The notes under the pieces: generated by a model
Seen by the model: only the letters and a program-made list of their open reading frames with translations
Told to the model about the DNA's origin: nothing
The model's database searches: none
Program-made: the position numbers and the translations under genes
Shown here: positions 17,549 through 24,583 of the stretch, in pieces
How the letters are laid out: every line of letters begins with the position of its first letter
Position numbering within the stretch: the stretch's first letter is position 1
Source of the DNA: Candidatus Liberimonas magnetica
Lineage (GTDB): Bacteria > Elusimicrobiota > Endomicrobiia > Endomicrobiales > JAFGIL01
Reading direction: 5' to 3'
Assembly: GCA_020523885.1 (NCBI GenBank)
Contig: JAJAPY010000019.1
Span: forward strand, 586-64,585
Length of the DNA: 64,000 bases

Positions 17549-19486
17549 TTGAGATTAAAAAAAGCAGGTTTAATATTACTCGGAATATTGGCAAGCATGA
17601 TATTGCTTGAAATAGGAATGCGCCTGGGCGGTTTTATATATAATTCCAGGCAGGAGATAAGGAACAGAGAGGAACTGAAGAAGAAACAGGTTTACAGAAT
17701 ATTGTGTTTAGGTGAATCAACAACGCAAGAGCAGTATCCGAAATATCTTGAAGAAGTATTAAATAACAGGGATATAGGGATAAAATTCAGCGTGATAGAT
17801 AAAGGAAGATTCGGCACTAATACGAACTTTATAGCAGCTAAGCTTGAAGAAGACTTGGATAAATATAGACCCGATATGGTAATAACGATGATGGGTGTAA
17901 ACGATGCCAGGGACGATATAATATTTGAATATGCAGATGACGGAAGAAGGAGCCTTATTAAATCAATTAAAATATATAAACTGGCAAGGTTGTTAAGGCT
18001 GCATATAAAGAGTAAGATAGAAGAATTAAAAATGGGAAAAGGAAGGATAAAGCAGAATATAATAGAAATAGTAAAAGAATTAAATAGTAAAAAGCGAATA
18101 GAAAGAGCAGGAAAGGAAGGACGAAATAATATAACAAAGACATCTTCGGATAATGGAGTAATATATGCTGAGAAAGGCGATGATTACAGAAATAAGCAAG
18201 AATATGAGAAAGCAGAAGAGATGTACAAAAGAGCGATAGAGCTAAACCCCGATTACGATCAAGAGTATTTTGGATTAGGGCATTGTTACGAGGTTGCAGG
18301 AAGGTATGAAGAAGCTGAAGAGATGTATGAGAAAGCACTAAAACTAAACCCAAAATCACTCTGGAATAATAAAGACCTGGGATTTTTTTATTTAAATTTA
18401 AAGAGGTTTGAAGAAGCAGAAGAAATGTTTAAAAAGGCGATAGAGATATATCCTAAGAATGCTCAAGTATATTCTGATTTAGGGAATTGCTATAAAGTGG
18501 AAGGAAAATATGAAGAGGCGGAGAAAGAATATAAAAAAGCGGAAACAATGTTTCAGAAAGTTCTATTAGCAAATCCTAAAGAAGAAGAGGCATGTTTTGG
18601 ATTAGGGGATTGTTACATGGACACAGCTAGGTACAAAGAAGCAGAAGAGATATATAAAAGAGCGATACAGCTGAACCTTAATTTTTATAAGGGGTATGCA
18701 AGGCTGGGGGAATGTTACTATCACATGCGCAAATACAAAAAATCAGAAGAGATGTATAAAAGAGCGATAGTTTTGAACCCTGATTATTATAAGTCGTATT
18801 TAGGGCTGGGGGAATGTTTCGATACCACGCAGAAATGCAAAGAAGCAGAAAAGATATATAAAAGAGCAATAGAAGTTGACTCTAAAAAATATCAGGGGTA
18901 TTTCTACCTGGGAAATTGTTATAAGGATCAAGGAAGATATGAAGAAGCAAAGGAAGAATTAAAAAAATCCATAGAAATAAACCCAAATAATAAAATGACA
19001 CATGTAAGGCTATACGAAACTTATAAGGCACAAAAGAAGTATAAGGAATCAATGGAAATACTTAATCGAATCATGGCGCTTGAAAAAAATAGCCAAGGCA
19101 GATATAAAGTTACAGATGATAAGATAAATATAGTTATAAAAAAACTGAACAATGAAGGGCAGATCAATTCACAGTATTTCGGAGTAGCTACTATATACAA
19201 CTATAAAAGGTTAAGGAAGATTTTAAAGAAAAGAGGGGTAAAATACGTTTGTGTTCAATATCCTATGCGGGAAGTGGATGATTTAAAATTAATATTTAAG
19301 GAAGAAAAAGACATAATATTTGTTGACAATAAAAGAGTATTTAAAGAAGCAATTAACAAACAAGGGTATAATGAATATTTCAGGGATAGAATTGATGAAA
19401 AATTCGGCCATTGCACGATAAAAGGCAATAAGCTCTTAGCCGAAAACATAGCTGATACAATAATTAGGGAAGTGCTTAATAAGTAA
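17549..19486 (+). CDS. SGNH-like/TPR paralog 4 of 4 (TTG start)
   Basis: Its 5' module is nearly identical at nucleotide level to paralog 1. CLGESTTQE, MMGVNDA, about 9-10 TPR units, C-terminal EKFGHCTIKGNKLLA. Confidence 0.65.
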   Translation: MRLKKAGLILLGILASMILLEIGMRLGGFIYNSRQEIRNREELKKKQVYRILCLGESTTQEQYPKYLEEVLNNRDIGIKFSVIDKGRFGTNTNFIAAKLEEDLDKYRPDMVITMMGVNDARDDIIFEYADDGRRSLIKSIKIYKLARLLRLHIKSKIEELKMGKGRIKQNIIEIVKELNSKKRIERAGKEGRNNITKTSSDNGVIYAEKGDDYRNKQEYEKAEEMYKRAIELNPDYDQEYFGLGHCYEVAGRYEEAEEMYEKALKLNPKSLWNNKDLGFFYLNLKRFEEAEEMFKKAIEIYPKNAQVYSDLGNCYKVEGKYEEAEKEYKKAETMFQKVLLANPKEEEACFGLGDCYMDTARYKEAEEIYKRAIQLNLNFYKGYARLGECYYHMRKYKKSEEMYKRAIVLNPDYYKSYLGLGECFDTTQKCKEAEKIYKRAIEVDSKKYQGYFYLGNCYKDQGRYEEAKEELKKSIEINPNNKMTHVRLYETYKAQKKYKESMEILNRIMALEKNSQGRYKVTDDKINIVIKKLNNEGQINSQYFGVATIYNYKRLRKILKKRGVKYVCVQYPMREVDDLKLIFKEEKDIIFVDNKRVFKEAINKQGYNEYFRDRIDEKFGHCTIKGNKLLAENIADTIIREVLNK

Positions 19487-19518
19487 TAAGAAGATAATTT
19501 TTAAGAAGATAAATTATA

Positions 19519-19547
19519 TTGACATAGTCATATTTTTTTGCTATGAT
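19519..19547 (+). promoter_or_regulatory. sigma70-like promoter upstream of rplU
   Basis: TTGACA (19519-19524), 17-bp spacer, TATGAT (19542-19547); 48 nt before the rplU ATG. Confidence 0.5.
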
Positions 19548-19594
19548 ACACAGACCATAATAAATAAATTAATATATTTACAGGAGAAAATTCG

Positions 19595-19906
19595 ATGTAT
19601 GCGGTAGTCCAAACTGGCGGAAAACAATATAAAGTTGAAGAAGGGAATACCCTTTTAATTGAAAAGTTACCTTTAAAAGAAGGCGAAGAAGTGGTGCTGG
19701 ATCAGGTGCTTTTGATAGGTGACGGCGAAAAAGTATCTGTCGGCAGGCCTCATATAAAAGGAGCTAAGGTGTTGGCTGAAGTCCTCAGGCAGACCAGAGG
19801 CCCTAAAATAATTATTTTTAAGAAACGATCAAAAAAGAGTTATAAGAAAACTTTAGGCCACAGGCAGGACCTGACCGAGATCAAAGTAAAAAAGATTGAA
19901 AATTAA
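19595..19906 (+). CDS. rplU: 50S ribosomal protein L21
   Basis: MYAVVQTGGKQYKV N-terminus, 103 aa, followed by rpmA and obg. Confidence 0.95.
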   Translation: MYAVVQTGGKQYKVEEGNTLLIEKLPLKEGEEVVLDQVLLIGDGEKVSVGRPHIKGAKVLAEVLRQTRGPKIIIFKKRSKKSYKKTLGHRQDLTEIKVKKIEN

Positions 19907-19987
19907 ATAAGAAAAGGATTTGCTCGCCTCTCCGGCGGGCCCGTCAGTTTACCCACCGATGAGGAGGGATAAGGCGGGGAGGGTTTT

Positions 19988-20254
19988 ATGGCTCATACGA
20001 AATCACAAGGTTCAAGTACAAACGGCCGCGATTCTGCAGGCCAACGGTTAGGTGTTAAGGTATACGGCAGCCAGAAGATTAATGCAGGCGGCATCATAAT
20101 CAGGCAATGCGGAACTAAATTCCATCCCGGCAACAACGTGGGGATGGGCTCAGATAATACGATCTATGCGAAAGTTGACGGTATTGTAAAGTTTGAATGG
20201 AAAGCCGGAAACAGGCGTTATGTAAGTGTTTACCCCGCCCAGGCAAAGGCATGA
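19988..20254 (+). CDS. rpmA: 50S ribosomal protein L27
   Basis: [16 protein letters not shown]...RLGVK...[14 protein letters not shown]. No N-terminal propeptide is present. Confidence 0.95.
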   Translation: MAHTKSQGSSTNGRDSAGQRLGVKVYGSQKINAGGIIIRQCGTKFHPGNNVGMGSDNTIYAKVDGIVKFEWKAGNRRYVSVYPAQAKA

Positions 20255-20326
20255 CCAGAGAGGTTATAGGGTAGAGGACGTGATCTTTGGGTTTTTCATA
20301 CCCTGATCACTGAACCCTGCTGTTAT

Positions 20327-21574
20327 ATGTTCGTAGATAAGGTTAGTATTTTTGTTACAGCCGGACGCGGTGGCGACGGCTGTATTTCTTTTCGTAGGGA
20401 AAAATATATCCCCCTGGGCGGGCCTGACGGCGGGAACGGCGGCAAAGGCGGAGATGTATTCCTCGAAGTAAACCCTCATCTTTCCACACTCCTTGATTTT
20501 ACGTACAAACCGCATTTTAAAGCTAAAGACGGCAATGCCGGCCAGGGAAGCAATAAATACGGAAGGGGTGGGGAGGAACTGGTAATTAAAGTACCTCCGG
20601 GCACAGTAGTTTTTAATAATAACAAGATCATTGCAGACCTAAAAGAAAACGCTCAAAAAATACTTATTGCAAAAGGCGGAAGAGGAGGAAGAGGCAACGC
20701 ATCGTTCAAGACAAGCAGGAACACAGCGCCGAGAATCTCGGAAAAAGGCGAGCCCGGCCAGAAGGTAACGCTTAAGCTTGAATTAAGGCTTATAGCCGAT
20801 GTCGGCCTCGTAGGTTTCCCCAATGCAGGCAAGTCAACTTTCCTAAAAAGAATCACCTCAGCAAACCCGAAGATAGCAGATTACCCTTTCACTACGCTTT
20901 CCCCTAACCTGGGAGTCTCAAATCACAAAGGCAGGAGTTTCGTAATAGCCGATATACCCGGGCTGATCGAAGGCGCACACCGCGGGAAAGGGCTTGGAGA
21001 CGAATTCTTAAGGCATGTAAAGCGCACGCGTGTTTTAATCCATATAATAGATGTTTTCGGGTATGAAAATAAGCCTGCCTACAAAAATTACCGTACGATA
21101 AACAAAGAACTTCTTGATTATTCAAAACACCTGGCAGAAAAACCCATGGTCATAGCTGCAAATAAAATGGATCTGACCGGATCGGATAAAAAATTAGAAC
21201 AATTAAAAAAACACTTAAAAGGCAATAAAATATTTCCAGTATCCTCTGCAACCGGTGCTGGGATAAAAGACCTGTTAAATGAAGTTATAAGACAATTAAG
21301 CAAAGCTTTTGTCGAAGAAGAAATGCAGCAGGATTTCAAGGAATATGTTTATGAACCGGAGTTTAAGATCGAAAAAACCGGAGGCATATTCGTGCTTACA
21401 GGCCCGAAGATCGAAAGGCTGGGGTTTATGACTAATTTTACCCAGGAAGAATCCCTTTTAAGGTTCCAGAAGATACTTGAAAAAATGGGCGTGGATAAAC
21501 AGATGGAAAAGATGGGTGCAGTTGAAGGCGATGTTGTTAGGATCGGCGAACAAGAATTTACCTACGAGAAATGA
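20327..21574 (+). CDS. obg: GTPase Obg/CgtA
   Basis: Gly-rich Obg fold (GGDGCISFRREK, GGNGGKGGDV), G1 GFPNAGKST, G3 DIPGLIEGA, G4 NKMD, and a C-terminal OCT-like domain. Confidence 0.95.
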   Translation: MFVDKVSIFVTAGRGGDGCISFRREKYIPLGGPDGGNGGKGGDVFLEVNPHLSTLLDFTYKPHFKAKDGNAGQGSNKYGRGGEELVIKVPPGTVVFNNNKIIADLKENAQKILIAKGGRGGRGNASFKTSRNTAPRISEKGEPGQKVTLKLELRLIADVGLVGFPNAGKSTFLKRITSANPKIADYPFTTLSPNLGVSNHKGRSFVIADIPGLIEGAHRGKGLGDEFLRHVKRTRVLIHIIDVFGYENKPAYKNYRTINKELLDYSKHLAEKPMVIAANKMDLTGSDKKLEQLKKHLKGNKIFPVSSATGAGIKDLLNEVIRQLSKAFVEEEMQQDFKEYVYEPEFKIEKTGGIFVLTGPKIERLGFMTNFTQEESLLRFQKILEKMGVDKQMEKMGAVEGDVVRIGEQEFTYEK

Positions 21575-21697
21575 CGTTCCTTTAGAGGCTTCTTTTATAA
21601 TGCGGCATCCAGCCACCATTAACATCTACGCCCAAGGCGGATCTGCCTCGGACATGGTACCCACCAGTGGCGGGGCTTTCATTGCGGCGGGATAGAT

Positions 21698-22360
21698 ATG
21701 CCTGTATATCGAATAGATCTTCATGTACACTCACCAAGCTCGAACTGTTTTTTTGGAACTAGTGATAGTAATTCCAGGATAGTTTACCAGGCACTCAACA
21801 GCAACCTAAATATTATCGCAATTACCGACCATCACTCAATCAAAGGCGTAAAAAATATGCAGGCTTTGGCAAAGAACAAGAGCCTTGAAGTCTTGCCTGG
21901 AGTTGAGTTAAGCTGCCGGGTCGGTGATGTTGATGAAGTTTTTATTCTGGCTGTTTTTGATAATGTTTTCCCTTTAAAGAAGATAGAAGAGTTTCTCTTA
22001 TCCTGCGATATCCCTGAAGATGCCTTTGGTTCGGGTTCTTTTGTCATAAAGACGCCTATAGAAAAAATAATAAACGGCCTGCACTTGAACAATGCTATGG
22101 TAATTTCATCCAGGTCAGATAAAACGCCGTACAGGCAAAAAGCCATCCCTGAACTCCTTCGTTTGGGTATAAATATATTTGACCTGGTTTACAAAGAGTC
22201 TGTCCGTACGGTTTTTGAAAAATATAAGGATATAACGAAAAAAACACTCCATTTTTTTACTTTTTCCGATGCACATTCCTCTGATGCCGTAGGATCTCGT
22301 TTCTCGGAACTCGAACTTGAATCGCCAAGTTTTAAATCCTTAATTGAAAAACTTGGTTGA
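21698..22360 (+). CDS. PHP (polymerase/histidinol-phosphatase) domain protein
   Basis: IDLHVHSPSS and AITDHHS metal-binding motifs; 220 aa. Confidence 0.6.
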   Translation: MPVYRIDLHVHSPSSNCFFGTSDSNSRIVYQALNSNLNIIAITDHHSIKGVKNMQALAKNKSLEVLPGVELSCRVGDVDEVFILAVFDNVFPLKKIEEFLLSCDIPEDAFGSGSFVIKTPIEKIINGLHLNNAMVISSRSDKTPYRQKAIPELLRLGINIFDLVYKESVRTVFEKYKDITKKTLHFFTFSDAHSSDAVGSRFSELELESPSFKSLIEKLG

Positions 22361-22466
22361 ATAAGTTAAAATAATAAAAGTTTAGAAATTAGAGTTTATT
22401 GCTTAGAGATTTATACTATTCTGAAGCCTCAAGTCTGTAGCATTAGGTCTGATTTAGGAGGCAATT

Positions 22467-22676
22467 ATGCCGCGCACTTGTAACCAGGAAGGAAATAAAA
22501 AGCAGTGCAACTGCACTTATGAGCCCTGCTCAAGGAAAGGTATTTGCTGTGAATGTATAGATTACCACTGGGTATCGTCAAAGGAACTGCCTGCATGCTT
22601 TTTTACAAAAGAAGCCGAGCGCACCTATGACAGGTCTTTAGGCCATTTTATAAAGATTTGGAGCAAAAAAATATGA
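22467..22676 (+). CDS. small cysteine-rich protein, function unknown
   Basis: 69 aa with 8 Cys ([21 protein letters not shown]...PAC). GGAGG lies 6 nt before the ATG, and the stop overlaps the next gene's ATG. Confidence 0.5.
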   Translation: MPRTCNQEGNKKQCNCTYEPCSRKGICCECIDYHWVSSKELPACFFTKEAERTYDRSLGHFIKIWSKKI

Positions 22677-23062
22677 CGAAAACCCTAAAAAAGCTTTATT
22701 TTTGGCCTCCCGTTATTCTTTGGTGTGGGCTCATATTTTATCTTTCAAGTATCCCGAATCTAAAGACCGAGTTTGGTTTTGCAGACCTGATCTTGCGAAA
22801 AATGGCCCATATAACGGAATACGGAGTTCTTTTTTTGCTGACTTTAAGGGCACTTAAGAACAGCGAGCTGAGCTGGCAGGAAAAGTCGATGTATTTAAGC
22901 GCGGTCATATTTTCTGTGCTTTATGCGGCTTCGGATGAATATCACCAGTCGTTCGTCCCTACCAGGGGCCCTTCGGCTATAGACGTAGGCATTGACAGTA
23001 TAGGGGTATTTGCAGGTTATCTTGTTGCTAAACACATTCCTAAAAAGGGGAAAATAATATAA
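22658..23062 (+). CDS. VanZ-like membrane protein
   Basis: [29 protein letters not shown] is the VanZ family signature; 4 hydrophobic segments. An alternative start at 22673 overlaps the upstream stop. Confidence 0.7.
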   Translation: MEQKNMTKTLKKLYFWPPVILWCGLIFYLSSIPNLKTEFGFADLILRKMAHITEYGVLFLLTLRALKNSELSWQEKSMYLSAVIFSVLYAASDEYHQSFVPTRGPSAIDVGIDSIGVFAGYLVAKHIPKKGKII

Positions 23063-23139
23063 ATTACAATAACCAATTTCCAAATCCCAAAAAATATCAA
23101 ATAACCAATAATCAAATATCGGGCAAGCCTTTTTGTTTA

Positions 23140-23967
23140 TTGTTTCTTGGTTATTGCATATTTTTTTTGGTTGGCTGCGGCCCGAAATACGATTTTTGGT
23201 GGGCAAAAAACCTTGAAAAAAAAGGTTACTATGTTGAATCAAGCCTGAAATATGAACAAATCGTAGACCAATACCGCGATAATATCCTTGCGCCCGAAGC
23301 GCTTTACAGGGCCGGGCGTATATACCAGAAGAAGTTAAAACTATATTCCAAAGCCAGGCTTTTTTACTCTGCGCTTATAGAACAATTCCCTAAGTCAAGT
23401 CCGTGGAAGGATATGGCGCAAGAAGAGCTTTTTAACTGCCCTGATTATTTCCCTTTAAATGACAACAATTTCTGGATGGAAGGCGATTCAAAGACTGGCG
23501 GCAGAAATATGAGGGCTGAATGGTCATGCAAAAAAGTTTCAAGCGATACTTTCTGCATTACCAGGCAGATGTTTGCAGGAAAGACTTTCGTAGTAAAAGT
23601 TGAGAGGTATTATAAGAAACAACAAATGAAGCTTTGTGAATATAAGAATCTTAAAGATGATAAGTATACGAGCATCCTGAAATATCCGTTCATTGTAGGT
23701 AATCACTGGCAGGGATTAAAAGACGGGAAAACCGTATATTACGAGATCGTTTCATGCGATGTGCCCTTAGAGGTAATGGCAGGAAAATTTGAACAATGCC
23801 TCAAAGTAAGCGAAAAGTACGAAAACCTTCCGAATTCCATAAAGTGTAATTATTATGCACCTGACGTCGGATGGGTGTTGACCACAACTTCCCTGATCGG
23901 CGGGCAGGAATTCAGGAACAGCGAATTGATGGCATATAAAATAAAACGCGAAAAAGAGGCCAAATGA
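23140..23967 (+). CDS. putative lipoprotein with N-terminal TPR-like (YbgF/BamD-type) helices
   Basis: TTG start, lipobox FLVGC, and LAPEALYRAGRIYQKKLKLYSKARLFYSALIEQFPKS. The C-terminal half is unassigned. Confidence 0.4.
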   Translation: MFLGYCIFFLVGCGPKYDFWWAKNLEKKGYYVESSLKYEQIVDQYRDNILAPEALYRAGRIYQKKLKLYSKARLFYSALIEQFPKSSPWKDMAQEELFNCPDYFPLNDNNFWMEGDSKTGGRNMRAEWSCKKVSSDTFCITRQMFAGKTFVVKVERYYKKQQMKLCEYKNLKDDKYTSILKYPFIVGNHWQGLKDGKTVYYEIVSCDVPLEVMAGKFEQCLKVSEKYENLPNSIKCNYYAPDVGWVLTTTSLIGGQEFRNSELMAYKIKREKEAK

Positions 23968-24509
23968 CGAGTTTAAATGAACTTATAAATTCGCGCCGGA
24001 GCGTGCGGAAATATTTAGACAAAGAAGTGGAACAGGAAAAGATGATGCAGCTGATAGAAGCGGCTTCTGTTGCACCGTCAGCGTGCAACGCCCAGCCGTG
24101 GCGGTTCGTGTTTGTCACTCAAAAAGCCCTTAAAGATGAACTAAACAGAGTTGGGCTTGGCGGAGCTGTGCCGAATTCATGGGCAAAAACAGCGCCTGTA
24201 ATGATAGTTGCCTGCAGCGAGCTAAGCCTATTCACGCATAAGCTCGGCGAATCCGTCCAGGGCGTGAACTTTCATCTTATTGACTTAGGTATCGCGATGG
24301 AGCATCTTGTGTTAAAAGCTACGGAACTGGGGCTCGGCACCTGCTACATAGGCTGGTTCAACGAAAAACCTATCAAGAAGCTGCTTAATCTACCTGCATC
24401 CTGGAAAGTTGACTGCCTAATAACTCTCGGGTACCCGGAAAGCATCCCTGATGCAACAGCAAGAAAACCTATAGAAGAGATCTCTTTTTTCAATAAAATA
24501 AAATCATAG
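23964..24509 (+). CDS. nitroreductase-family flavoprotein
   Basis: RRSVRKY and PSACNAQPWRFV motifs; 181 aa. Confidence 0.8.
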   Translation: MTSLNELINSRRSVRKYLDKEVEQEKMMQLIEAASVAPSACNAQPWRFVFVTQKALKDELNRVGLGGAVPNSWAKTAPVMIVACSELSLFTHKLGESVQGVNFHLIDLGIAMEHLVLKATELGLGTCYIGWFNEKPIKKLLNLPASWKVDCLITLGYPESIPDATARKPIEEISFFNKIKS

Positions 24510-24524
24510 TTATCCAAATTAGGT

Positions 24525-24551
24525 GTCATACCCGCGGAAGCGGGTATCCAG
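24525..24551. repeat. GTCAT-type hairpin
   Basis: gtcATACCCGCggaaGCGGGTATccag: 8-bp stem, 4-nt loop, 16 nt after the stop of the upstream gene. Confidence 0.6.
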
Positions 24552-24583
24552 AAATTAAAGCTTTCGTCAAACTGGGTTCTTGA

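Noticed and set aside
20268-20310. Possible H-type pseudoknot between rpmA and obg (agggta/taccct interleaved with gtgatc/gatcac)
   Set aside because: It rests on only two 6-bp helices in a 43-nt span, which could easily be chance, and I have no conservation evidence.
21477-21695. 72-aa ORF overlapping the obg 3' end and the GC-rich element
   Set aside because: The first half is out of frame within obg, and the second half is a translation of a repeat-like GC-rich spacer.
23063-23160. Apparent word-type hairpin (aataaccaat ... attggttatt-like) after the VanZ gene
   Set aside because: The right arm lies inside the signal-peptide coding region of the next gene and complementarity is weak. It is probably coincidental AT-rich similarity.
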